The notes: generated by a model not told the origin, from the sequence alone. Shown: positions 50,472-62,629, numbered from the whole stretch's first letter. The stretch is DNA of 63,579 nt, filler included, from Octopus bimaculoides (GCF_001194135.2; 7 parts of 7 records of this genome joined end to end with filler, not necessarily neighbours in it); one strand, 5' to 3'. A program made the numbers and translations.

Positions 50472-51960
50472 CCATTGTAAATAAGGGGTGTACAAAAGGT
50501 GCAGTGGGCTCACAGGCAAACTGACAAAAAAAGAACTTCATATGCTATGAGGGATCCCTAGAAATAGTTGACAGCTTCTATTACGTAACTGGTCTAAGAG
50601 TGGAGAAGGATGTTCTGATAGTGTAGTAGCTAGAGTAAGAATCCCTTTATTGCTGGCAATAAAGGGATTCTCTCACTGAGTAAAGAGTAGGTGGTATGAT
50701 ACATGTATATGAAATGTGATATCGTATAAAAAAAGAAACTTGGCCCCTGAATGCAAAGGATGTGTGAGAGCTAGAAAGAAATCAGATGAGCATGCTCAGT
50801 TTTATTTGATTCCAGCCTCCATGTATCGCATGGATGATGGATTGCAAATGAGCTGAGAGGAAAGGTAGGTACAAGTGGAATCTGATGCATGGGACAAAGG
50901 AGAAGGCAGAGCTGGTGCAGACATGTAAAGCATATAAAGAATGAGAGTTGAGTAAAGAAATGTCAGGAAATTCAAGTGGAGAAAGCCTGTGAGAGACAGA
51001 AATCAAGGTAAACATGGAGAGACAGAGATAAAAAAAAAAAATCATCACAAGAAATGGAAATCACGAAGGAAATGACAAAGGACTGAAAAGAACAGTAGGA
51101 CTCTGTTCTGTAAAAGAAGTATCCAGCCCATGCAAGGTTGGAAAATGGACATAAAATGTTAAAGATGTTATGTTAATGGCATAATATTATTCCTCTCNNN
51201 NNNNNNNNNNNNNNNNNNNNNNNNNNNNNNNNNNNNNNNNNNNNNNNNNNNNNNNNNNNNNNNNNNNNNNNNNNNNNNNNNNNNNNNNNNNNNNNNNNNN
51301 NNNNNNNNNNNNNNNNNNNNNNNNNNNNNNNNNNNNNNNNNNATACCTACATCTACATGTATATATATAGATGCATATCCGGGTACAGGACATCAAAAAA
51401 CGTGGACAAAAAAGGAACGGGAATATAAACAAAGCACAAAAAAACGGACTTTTTTTACAGACAACAGAATGAACACATAGGAAAACAAACAAGCCACTTA
51501 TGGAACTTTTCCTTCATCAGCTGCCTCTATTCTAAACTAGGCGTTTCAAAGATGAGGCAGAACACGCTCTTAGAATAGCTCTTCCCATGAAGTGGATTAA
51601 CCTGCTAAGCGGAGGATTCCAAAGTAGCAAACAAAAACCAAGACAGGAAAAATTAAACAGTGAAAACAACGTTAAGGGCCGTTAAGCCGAACAAGATGAG
51701 ATAGATAGATAGATAGATAGATAGTCACATACACATGCACACACAAAATTGGCCAATGTTTGTCATTAAAAATGTCAAACATTGTCAGTTTCTAGTAATT
51801 ATCAAAAGGAACTTTAGTTCCTTTTACTATACAATACAATACAATACAAGACAAAGAAGACAGAAATTTTACAACAAAGGTAAGAAATATTATAGAAACT
51901 AACCCAACCGTCAAAAAAACTGAAAAAAAACAACAACAACAGAAACAAATTCTGAATTAC

Positions 51961-52060
51961 CTTCAGCCTTCAACTGTCCTATATGATTCATCTTTAAGTC
52001 TATCTGTTCACTAAGGCGCTCAGCTGCCTGCAAACCATCTTCAGCCTCAGACAGCTTCTC
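51961..52060 (-). CDS. TRIP11: TRIP11-like exon D (EKLSEAEDGLQAAERLSEQIDLKMNHIGQLKAE)
   Basis: Not in the ORF track; translated by hand. Acceptor tcatAG and donor GTAATT. 100 nt, phase 0 to 1. Matches recalled TRIP11 [27 protein letters not shown]. The following GRAB-domain exon was not found in the window. Confidence 0.8.
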
Positions 52061-52552
52061 CTATGAATGATATTTCACATGAAATTTTGAAAGAAAAAAG
52101 AAAGATAAATGATTTATATTTTATATTTGTATTTATTTACTAGTTTCTCTCATAGGACTGTGATCATAAGCTCGAAAACAAGGTTGGGTCACACAATTTT
52201 TAGGTCTTTTGCTAAAGGAGGCAACACTGCTTGAACAGTCTATGTCTTACATAGAGCATAATGAGAAAATGTTTAAAATACATGGAGTTTTACCAAGGAA
52301 TGAAACCTCGAAGATATACTGTCAACTTTATTAGTATTATTTAGTAGATAATCTTTTAATGTGAAGTATGCTTGCCTCTGTTTTGTTAAGCCCAGATTTG
52401 CCTCTGATGTGGTAGACCCATCACATAGTTTTTTTTTTCTTCTTGAAATACAGTACATTTGTGTCTTTCTTTTGATGAAAGGGTGTGTTTTCAGAGAGAT
52501 TTGACTGCTATTTGTAGTAGCTCAAGTTACCACAGACACACCTGTGTGGTGT

Positions 52553-52586
<34 letters not shown>

Positions 52587-53239
52587 GTTGTGGTGAAAAA
52601 AATCACTTTTTCTCAGACGCATCCAGCACACTCTGTTAAGTGGTTAGCATTAAGAAGGGAGTCCAGCTGTAGAAACCATGTCACACTAGACAGTTGGAGT
52701 CTGGACATCTCCTTGCTAGCCAGCTCCATGTCAAACCGTCCAAAACATGCCAGTATGGAAAGTGGATATTGAATGATGATGGTGATACCACATATACATA
52801 CATATATATATAGCTATAGTTTTTACCGTGACACACAGTCACTGATCTAATAAAATAGAAATATTATTATTTCTAAATCTCTCAAAGAGAAATATTCAGT
52901 AACAGTTCTTTAAAGTAAAGGCTATCTGCCAACATAATGTGGCTGTCCTGAAAGGGATGATGTTACTGTTGTTTAGTCCTAGGAAATATCACTCCCAGCT
53001 GGCTATACAACACAATATCTGTGTCCTTATATTTTCGAATAGGGAGATCAGCACTTCCATCTAGCGCAAAACAACATCTGTGGATCGATTTATGGGTTAC
53101 TGCCCTTTATCAACACAGACTAGCTGCTTGGCTAGGTGGTGTTGCTGAATTCACCGTTCAAATATATAGTTTTCAAAGTGACACACAGTTACTGATCTAA
53201 TAAAATAGAAATATTATTTCTAAATCTCTCAAAGATATA

Positions 53240-53330
<91 letters not shown>

Positions 53331-53640
53331 ACGCACACACACATACATACATACAGATATATACACAATCATACAGATATATATATATTGTTTACTGGTA
53401 TAAACTGGCGTTTTGAGATGCATCCCTTCATGTTAAGAGCTAATTTAGCCAAAATAAAAAGCAATACAATAAGTACCAGCCTGAAATAAATACTGGGGCT
53501 GATAAAATATACTTGAGAGAGGTATGCCATGATGCCTGCAGTCCAATGAATGAAATTAGTAAAGTCACACATAAATACAAACAACAACAGCAAAAAGATT
53601 AAAAACTATGGTAAAACCACTGTATTTATCTGTCCTTTAC

Positions 53641-53744
53641 CTGAGTGTCTTGGAGATTGGACTGAAGATTTTCAATTAATGCCTTTAAGTGATTCTGCTC
53701 TACTTCATTCTTGTGCTTCTCAGCTGTCATCTGACTCTCTCGCT
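53641..53744 (-). CDS. TRIP11: TRIP11-like exon C (ERESQMTAEKHKNEVEQNHLKALIENLQSNLQDTQ)
   Basis: Poly-T acceptor tttctttgtAG and donor GTAAAG. 104 nt, phase 1 to 0, in frame with exons B and D. Coiled-coil composition. Confidence 0.8.
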
Positions 53745-53842
53745 CTACAAAGAAAAAAAAAAAAAAAGAAATCAGAACTCTATAATTACAATAATAGTTA
53801 TTACTTTTATAATTAGTAGGTAGTATCAAAAAGTTCCCAAAG

Positions 53843-54222
53843 GAGTGGCTGTGTGGTAAGTAGCTTGCTTACAAACCACATGGTTCCGGGTTCAGTCCCA
53901 CTCTGTGGCACCTTGGGCAAGTGTCTTTTACTATGGCCTCGGGCTGACCAAAGCCTTGTGAGTGGATTTGGTAGACAGAAACTGAAAGAAGCCCCTCATA
54001 TATATGTATATATATATGTATGCGTGTGTATATGTTTGTGTTTGTCCCCCCAACATCGCTTGACAACCGATGCTGGTGTGTTTATGTCCCCGTAACTTAG
54101 CGGTTCGGCAAAAGAGACCAATAGAATAAGTACTAGGCTTACAAAGAATAAGTTCTGGGGTCAACTAAAGGTGATGCTCCAGCATGGCCGCAGTCAAAAT
54201 GACTGAAACAAGTAAAAGAGTA
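53843..54222 (+). mobile_element. tRNA-derived SINE, family D (my label), full length with internal (TA)/(TG) tract
   Basis: Head TGGCTGTGTGGTAAGTAGCTTGCTTAC...GGGTTCAGTCCC and tail CAGCATGGCCGCAGTCAAAATGACTGAAACAAGTAAAAGAG. Copies at 23103-23270, 33437-34640, 44898-45392, 46880-47030, 48140-48572 and 63290-63517. Confidence 0.85.
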
Positions 54223-54229
54223 AACTAGT

Positions 54230-54860
54230 TCTGTAGCACACCAACAGATGGCAGCATATGGTTGCATGTGCAGTGAGAGCTGGCAGTGACCTTCATGAGG
54301 CAATGTGCCAAGTGACATCACTGTGTTTACAACACAAGTGGTGAAATTTGTGATCATGTGTGTGCTGTACCCTGTGATGTTTGTCATGGACAGGAAGTGG
54401 GAACAAACAGTCAACATGAAATTTTGTGTTAAACTTGGAAGGTTTGTTAAAGAGACATTGAGCATGCTTCAGCAAGCTTATAGTGATGAGGTAATGGGTT
54501 GTATGCAATGTTTCGAGTGCTACAGGTGCTTCAAAAGCAGAAGAACGTCCCTGGAAGACCTGCTATGAACGACATCCCCAGAAATGGGGAGAAAATTCAT
54601 CAGCTTGTGCACGAAGATCGTCGAAGGACAATCAACAACGTTTTGAAGTGTTTGAGGGAGGACGCTCAAAAAGCAACCAGATCTGTGGAGCATGAACTGA
54701 ATTTTTCACGACAACAATGCACCCTGTCACTGAGCCCTCCTCACACGTGAGTTTCTTGCCAAAAACAAAATGGTATCGTTTTCACATCCACCCTATTTGT
54801 TAGATTTAGCACCTGCAGACTTCCATCTCTTCCCCCAAGATGAAAATGCAATCGTCAAGG
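54230..54860 (+). mobile_element. Internally deleted mariner transposase remnant in a TRIP11 intron
   Basis: MDRKWEQTVNMKFCVKLG...MLQQAY (HTH region) joined to HDNNAPCH and HPPYLLDLAPADFHLFP, decayed versions of the HDNAP and YSPDLAPxD motifs. Confidence 0.75.
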
Positions 54861-54941
54861 AAAAACAGAGGTATGACGACAATGATGATGATGATGATGA
54901 TGATGAATTCTAGTTTTTCCCCACCATTCAAATTTACTTAC

Positions 54942-55105
54942 CTGCCTGGAACTGTTCTAACACCATCTGTAGGTTCATGAGCGAGGTAGCATACTGTTTA
55001 CACTGTTCTTGGTAAGTGCTTAACTGGAGATAGGCATTGTCACGTTGAGAGGCCATTGCATGCAGCTGTTGATTCAAGCTGTTAATTTGTGCAGAACTGT
55101 GTTGT
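54942..55105 (-). CDS. TRIP11: TRIP11-like exon B ([53 protein letters not shown])
   Basis: Acceptor ttctattacAG and donor GTAAGT. 164 nt, phase 2 to 1. [22 protein letters not shown] matches the recalled TRIP11 motif [22 protein letters not shown]. Confidence 0.9.
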
Positions 55106-55315
55106 CTGTAATAGAAATACAAGTGGCTCTCAACATGGAATGAATTTGCCAGTTGCAAAGAAATATCTTTCATTACTGATTTAACCCTTTAGCTTTCACA
55201 TTATTCTGTCAAAAGTGATGTTTATTTATTCACATTGCTTTGGAATAATCATGTATTATCTTGTAGCTCTGAGATTTTGATGAGTTAACTGTTTATTTTT
55301 TAGAATGATATTGTA

Positions 55316-55570
55316 GTGTGGCCTAGTGGTAAGGTTTTTGGACTCATGATCATAAGATTGTGGTTTCAATTCCTGGACTGGGCGATACGTTGTGTACTTG
55401 AGCAAAACACTTCATTTCACATTGCTCCAGTCCACTCAACTGGCAAAAATGAGTAATCCTGCAATGGACTGGCATCCTGTCCAGGAGTGGGGAGGGGGAT
55501 TTGTATGCCATAGAAACCAGGAAACCAGCCCCTATGAGTTGGCATGACTCAAGCAGGTAACTTTAAAGTA
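55316..55570 (+). mobile_element. tRNA-derived SINE, family C (my label)
   Basis: A box TGGCCTAGTGG, B box GGTTTCAATTCC and body TTGAGCAAAACACTTCATTTCAC...GGACTGGCATCCTGTCCAGG. A related decayed head lies at 24123-24260. Confidence 0.7.
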
Positions 55571-55727
55571 TGAACATAAAACATAGAGTATTTTGGCTGG
55601 TGTAGGTGCTAAACAGTCAAATAGTGTTATTTAAAAGTAAAAATAATTATCTATGTCATATGCATTCTTTTACATATTAATTAAGATAGATTGCATTGGG
55701 GAATTGGTGTAAGGAAATTAAGACAGA

Positions 55728-55954
55728 GCCGGCAGAAACGTTAGCACGCCGGGCGAAATGCTTAGCAGTATTTCGTCTGCCGTTACGTTCTGAGTTCAAA
55801 TTCCTCCAAGGTCGACTTTGCCTTTCATCTTTTCGGGGTCGATTAAATAAGTACCAGTTACGCACTGGGGTCGATATAATCGACTTAGTCTGTTTGTTTG
55901 TCCTTGTTTGTCCCCTCTGTGTGTAGCCCCTTGTGGGCAGTAAAAAAAAAAAAA
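55728..55954 (+). mobile_element. SINE family E, slightly 5'-truncated, with 14-bp TSD
   Basis: GAAATTAAGACAGA at 55714-55727 and 55955-55968. Confidence 0.85.
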
Positions 55955-56575
55955 GAAATTAAGACAGACTGTATTTGGAAAATGGTGTATTGGGAAATTG
56001 GTGGCATGGTCAGAACAATACCATCACCAACAGCAACACTCACAGCAACAGTAACACCACAAACAACAACAGCAACAACACCAAGTTTAGGATTATGTAT
56101 AATTTCCAAAACACTACACGAAGTGTGTCATTACATGAGAAAATATTATACACACTACATTTGTCCATGTTTCCAGTTGGTTATCTTTTAGTTATGGAAA
56201 GCTGGAAATTTCACCTTAAGCTTTTGTTAAACCATATATGTTCAGCTTTTCCCAGCGTTGATGCTTTCTCTCTCATTGACCATTTTGTTATCACATTTCT
56301 GTTGAAATACACTTTGCTTTGCTTTAACCGATTTTGAAAATAATGAAGAATTTAGTAAAATAACCATTGTCGTTGTTAGGCCGGGTGTTTGGGACATAAA
56401 TTAATAAGTAACTTTGATGGAAGGTTTTTTAATTTAGATCACTTTAAACAGGAAACTTTTTATCATAAAACTATGGGGCAGTCTCAGGTAAGTTGGTATC
56501 AAAAAGGTTAGACATTAATAAAGATATAGAATTATAAAAAAAAAAAAACACTAAAACATGCTTGAAAAGAATTAC

Positions 56576-56697
56576 CCAGCTGATTCCACAGCAGCAGCCG
56601 TGATGTAAGCCTTCTCTTCAGTAGCAGCCAGTTTGTTTCGCAAATTTTTCTCTCGCTCTTCCGACTCCAAAGCCTCCTTTGTGTAAGCTTCTTCAAT
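56576..56697 (-). CDS. TRIP11: TRIP11/GMAP-210-like golgin, internal exon A (IEEAYTKEALESEEREKNLRNKLAATEEKAYITAAAVESA)
   Basis: Acceptor ttttaAG at 56699-56698 and donor GTAAT at 56575. 122 nt, phase 0 to 2. The peptide matches my recollection of human TRIP11 [23 protein letters not shown] (not database-checked). Splices in frame to exon B. Confidence 0.85.
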
Positions 56698-57359
56698 CTT
56701 AAAAGAGAGAAAGAAAATTAGCTTAAAAACAAAAACAAAGCAACAATAAAAAATAAATAGAAAAAAAAAAGCAGAAAAAATTTTATAATTGGTAAAGTAG
56801 CATTGGAATACATTAGAAACCATCAAAGACGATTTTGTTTGGTTCTGTTTCGTTTCAGTTTTCGAAACTGAATCAGAATTCCACTTTTTTTAATCTTTTT
56901 CCCTTTTGTAGGTGTGGATTGTGGAGAAGAGCCAGTAAGATACACAATGGCTTTGAAGCAAAGGTACTTGCTTAACAAACAACTGCATCATGAATATGAA
57001 CTTTGCTATTGCTACTATTTCCTTTAATATTATCCTCCTCCTCCTCCTCCTCCCCTGCCATTGCTACTACTACAACAACAGCTGTTGCAGTCTTTGTGTT
57101 GAGTTCTGGGGCAAAGCAGAAACTCTGTTTGAAATCAGTCTAACAGACTGACTCACAGGCCCTCTTTTATTTCACAATGACAACAAGATGGCTTCTTATT
57201 TCATTATCATTTTATCCTCAACAAAATAAATACAGAATAAATATATTTTTTGATTTAGAAAGCGTCCTTTTCTTCCATTTCCTCTTGAAAGCATATAACT
57301 ATAACAGCCTCCGTTTACTTGGCGCCAAAACAGGTCCTCTCTTAAGTCATGAACAAATT

Positions 57360-57744
57360 GTTGTTGTTGGCACTCCATCGCTTACGACGTCGAGGGTTCC
57401 AGTTGATATGATCAACGGAACAGCCTGCTCGTGAAATTAATGTGAAAGTGGCTGAGCACTCTACAGACACGTGTACCCTTTACGTAGTTCTCGGGGATAT
57501 TCAGCGTGACACACTATGACAAGGCTGGCCATTTGAATTACAGGTACAACAGAAACAGGAAGAAAGAGCGAGAGAAAGTTGTGGTGAAAGAGTACAGCAG
57601 GGTTCACCACCACCCCCTGCAGGAGCCCCGTTGAACTTTAGGTGTTTTCGCTCAATAAACACTCACAACGCCCGGTCTGGGAATCGAAACCGCGATCCTA
57701 TGACCACGAGTCCGCTGCCCTAACCACTGGGCCATTGCGCTTCC
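57360..57744 (-). mobile_element. SINE family A, near full length
   Basis: Reverse complement of 10041-10423 with few substitutions. Confidence 0.85.
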
Positions 57745-57844
57745 NNNNNNNNNNNNNNNNNNNNNNNNNNNNNNNNNNNNNNNNNNNNTTAATTAATTAA
57801 NNNNNNNNNNNNNNNNNNNNNNNNNNNNNNNNNNNNNNNNNNNN

Positions 57845-57883
<39 letters not shown>

Positions 57884-58267
57884 TTATATACACATATATA
57901 AATACACGCGCACACACACATACAAATATATATATATGTATAAAAACAAATCTATGAAATAAGATGCCAAAAAATATTGATAGAAATACGCTGAGGAGGC
58001 ACCATTCCTTGTTGCTCTAAAACATGAAGTTCGTTGTATCATATTTTCAGTAAAGTATATTATGGCATGTCAGAAATTTAAAGGCAATTACCAGAGGCAG
58101 TCATACATATGTCCTAACATAATTAATTTATTTATGAATATCTTAATCCGCACATATATGTAACAGATATATACATACATACCTATGTATCTATATATAT
58201 GTTACATATATGTATGGATAATGTACGTGTGCTTCTATGTTTGTATCTATCTATCTATCTATCTCTC

Positions 58268-58321
<54 letters not shown>

Positions 58322-58394
58322 ATTATATATATATATATATATATATATACGCATATCTATATATACATATATACATATCTATACATACATATTC

Positions 58395-58425
<31 letters not shown>

Positions 58426-59282
58426 TATTCATACACACATACATATGATGTTACACGTAAGAATATATATACGTGTATGTGTGTGTGTATTTCGGTGAGT
58501 GTATGTATATGTGTATGTACATATATGTAATATATATGTGATATATTTAGAATCATACATACTAATTATGCGTGTGTGCTCTAAATACATTACTTTGTAC
58601 ATTGATGTATATAGTTTTGTATATATAAATTTATGTATGTATGTGTATACATTTTCTTACATACCAATATGCATATATAGATATATCCTTCCATTAAGTA
58701 CGTGCGTTTGAGAATGTGAATCAGGGCAAGATATGAGAAGGGAAGCACATTCGTATCTATTTCTGGTTATGATTGTCCCAATTTGAACCAAAACGTAATT
58801 GGGAATCTACTTACCCACTTTTACCGCTAAAACAAGTGTAACATATATATATATATANNNNNNNNNNNNNNNNNNNNNNNNNNNNNNNNNNNNNNNNNNN
58901 NNNNNNNNNNNNNNNNNNNNNNNNNNNNNNNNNNNNNNNNNNNNNNNNNNNNNNNNNNNNNNNNNNNNNNNNNNNNNNNNNNNNNNNNNNNNNNNNNNNN
59001 NNNNNNNNNNNNNNNNNNNNNNNNNNNNNNNNNNNNNNNNNNNNNNNNNNNNNNNNNNNNNNNNNNNNNNNNNNNNNNNNNNNNNNNNNNNNNNNNNNNN
59101 NNNNNNNNNNNNNNNNNNNNNNNNNNNNNNNNNNNNNNNNNNNNNNNNNNNNNNNNNNNNNNNNNNNNNNNNNNNNNNNNNNNNNNNNNNNNNNNNNGTA
59201 TACGGAAACACATACAAATATATATGTGTATATATATCATACATACTCTCGTACATCCAAATATCCACTCATATACATTCAT

Positions 59283-59359
<77 letters not shown>

Positions 59360-60828
59360 AATTTAAACTGAAATAGCTATCAATAACATTATTAATAATA
59401 ATAGAGTGCCTAGCAAGTTTAAACGTTTATAGGCAAAATATAAATAAAATATAGAAGGGTATTGAAATACCACTTGCTATGTGCAGAACTATCGCTCTAA
59501 ACCACGATTTACTCACTATAAAAATAAAAATACAAACGGTGGAAGTGATGAACATAAAGGTACGTTTATATTTGAGAGTCCGCGAGAATGTACGCGCTCG
59601 TGTATATAATTGTGTTATCATCTGAATCTGGATAGAAGCTCACAAGAATGTTGAAGATTTTGCAGCAACATCTTGACATAACCTGTTGACGTTTCCGCAA
59701 CTTACCTTAAACCACATTTAGTAATCCTCATTTGGCGAGACTAGGAAACCCCCAGTTCTTTTGATTAACGTACGGAGAAGGTCTTCCTTAAAAGTGAAGG
59801 AGCACCTATTAATGTACCCTGATCTTTGACTCTATGATGATCCAAGATCTCTTAATTCTGATCGAATCCGGGTTACCGAATGTTTGTTAATTACGGTCGG
59901 CCGGGTTGCATTTGGAGTTTAAAGGTCGTTGTTAGTTACCTAATGTCTCCTGCTGATTCAGCATTCGAATTTCGTTAAGGGTACGGATCTCTGTTGAGTA
60001 ATCTCTCAATTACGCTAATTTATTAAGCTCAGTAGTTGGAATAACTGAATAATACTCATCGTCGAAGATGATAGAGATCCGTTATTTAAACGGTGCTTCA
60101 GTTCAAGCTGTATATGATGGACTGATAAACCTTATGGTACAAGAACTATTCAGAGAATGTTCAGAATATGATGGCAGACCATGATGAGAAAAGATTCTTA
60201 GGTGCAAGAAAAACAGATGAAAAGGGAACACACACACACACGCACACACACACACACACACACACATACATATACACACATGCATAAACACACACATATA
60301 CATTCGCACATACATATACACGCATGTTCGAGTAAGGGTTCCAATTTTTGCATTAGGTTTGCATGTTTTATCAAACGCCGGCGAAATTCGAACTAAGAAC
60401 GTAATGAGTCGGAAGAAGTGCCACGAATTACTGGTCCGACGCGCTAAAAAATCCTGTCAGCCGGTCGATTTTATGTACCTATTTATATANNNNNNNNNNN
60501 NNNNNNNNNNNNNNNNNNNNNNNNNNNNNNNNNNNNNNNNNNNNNNNNNNNNNNNNNNNNNNNNNNNNNNNNNNNNNNNNNNNNNNNNNNNNNNNNNNNN
60601 NNNNNNNNNNNNNNNNNNNNNNNNNNNNNNNNNNNNNNNNNNNNNNNNNNNNNNNNNNNNNNNNNNNNNNNNNNNNNNNNNNNNNNNNNNNNNNNNNNNN
60701 NNNNNNNNNNNNNNNNNNNNNNNNNNNNNNNNNNNNNNNNNNNNNNNNNNNNNNNNNNNNNNNNNNNNNCATATACATATATATATACATATTTTTGCGT
60801 ATATCTTTTCCTTCATGTATATATAATC

Positions 60829-60872
<44 letters not shown>

Positions 60873-61475
60873 TTCACACACACCAATACTGAAAACTCAT
60901 TCATTCAGGTTCCAATAGAAGACAATATATTTGTTACACAAAGACTCTGCGCTGTCGCGTCACAGAAAGAAAGACTCTGTCTGAGAACATATATTAACAA
61001 TACAAGCTTCTACGGTATATTCAGCCACTAGCAATATACCAATAGTCATAAAAGGCGACTTGTAACTGCCAATCAGACGTCTAGGTATGTCACATAATCT
61101 AGTAACCGGCTGCTCCCGTTTGAGTGTGTGATTAAGGGTACAAGTGACTGGGAAATGAGCAGGGTCCCATTGTCGAAATATAATGATTAGGCAGTTCCGT
61201 TCTACTAACAATTGCTATATTCAAAGTTCGCCAATTGTGTGTAAAAGCATTTAATTTAATTAATCAAGATTTTGTGTTGTTTTATATTTCTTTCTTGGCT
61301 AGGATTGAGGGTGGGGGTGAGTGGGGAAGGTATTTATACAAAAAGTTCTATTTATTACTTTCCCTTTTTTCTCTGTGTGTGTTTGTGTGTTTGTATATAT
61401 ATGGTGAAGATTAGAGCATTAGTATATATATATGTATATATATGCTTCTCTGTATATCTATGTATATTTATGCGT

Positions 61476-61514
<39 letters not shown>

Positions 61515-62023
61515 TGTAGCATGTCTACACTGGATACCTCACACGTATTTATCTAAAATCCGTAGAATTTTGCTACTGATCTGTTCTTTTACACACACTC
61601 GCACACATACACACATATAAACAGGTATACATACATACATATGGATATATATGTTCATGTGTGTTTTTGTTTATTTAATGATAGAAACACAGAGATATTC
61701 ACACACACACACACAGATATCTATGAATGCATGTATATATATATATATATNNNNNNNNNNNNNNNNNNNNNNNNNNNNNNNNNNNNNNNNNNNNTTAATT
61801 AATTAANNNNNNNNNNNNNNNNNNNNNNNNNNNNNNNNNNNNNNNNNNNNGTGTATGTGCGTGTTATGAAAGTGTTGTGGGTGGTTGTGGCGGTGGAGGT
61901 GTGATATGAATAGAGAGCGGTGATGATGATGATGGTGGTGGTGGTTGTAGGAGGGGAATGATGTATTATGGTCTCCGTTGTTTATTGTGCTTTCCTGTAA
62001 GTGTGTGTGTATATATGTGTGCG

Positions 62024-62066
<43 letters not shown>

Positions 62067-62180
62067 GTATACACACATGCAATATTCATATATATATATG
62101 TATACAGGTATATCAAGTATATAGATATATTTGTGTATATATGTAGTATATACGCATACATACATATATATGTATATATG

Positions 62181-62216
<36 letters not shown>

Positions 62217-62629
62217 ATGTGAGTGTGTGTGTGCGTGTGTATGTATACATACGCACATAAATTATATACATCTTTAAGGGTCATCTCAGNNNNNNNNNNN
62301 NNNNNNNNNNNNNNNNNNNNNNNNNNNNNNNNNNNNNNNNNNNNNNNNNNNNNNNNNNNNNNNNNNNNNNNNNNNNNNNNNNNNNNNNNNNNNNNNNNNN
62401 NNNNNNNNNNNNNNNNNNNNNNNNNNNNNNNNNNNNNNNNNNNNNNNNNNNNNNNNNNNNNNNNNNNNNNNNNNNNNNNNNNNNNNNNNNNNNNNNNNNN
62501 NNNNNNNNNNGTTGTAATTTCCCACTTTGGTTTCTTTTTTTTTTTTTTTTCATTTGCGATTATGTCTATGAACGGCTCGACGAACCCTTCGTCCCCTTAA
62601 TATTTCTCCCCCTCCCCTACACTAAATCA

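Larger units (their letters stand above)
48690..51100 (+). mobile_element. Degenerate RTE-clade LINE reverse transcriptase region, interrupted twice
   Basis: IPKNWHNSTIITCNKGKRD, NYKGIKLTDQV, KAFDRVP and LYADDLV motifs, followed by a C-rich segment (MCRK.VGTNSIRCIHC). Many frameshifts. Insertions at about 49210-49832 and 50186-50471. Confidence 0.8.

Noticed and set aside
50070-50519. 149-aa minus-strand ORF as the missing next TRIP11 exon
   Set aside because: No resemblance to the expected VDK.LM.NL..G GRAB segment in any frame. The region is the antisense of the RTE remnant and its insert.
51490-51570. Hammerhead ribozyme (CTGATGA and GAAAC on the minus strand) in a dispersed repeat also at 24380-24520
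   Set aside because: I could not build stems I-III in any topology by hand. An Infernal search with the Rfam hammerhead models would settle it.
1616-62600. Long ORFs full of X and YIYI or HTHT runs
   Set aside because: They are open only because they cross N gaps and (AT)n or (CA)n tracts.
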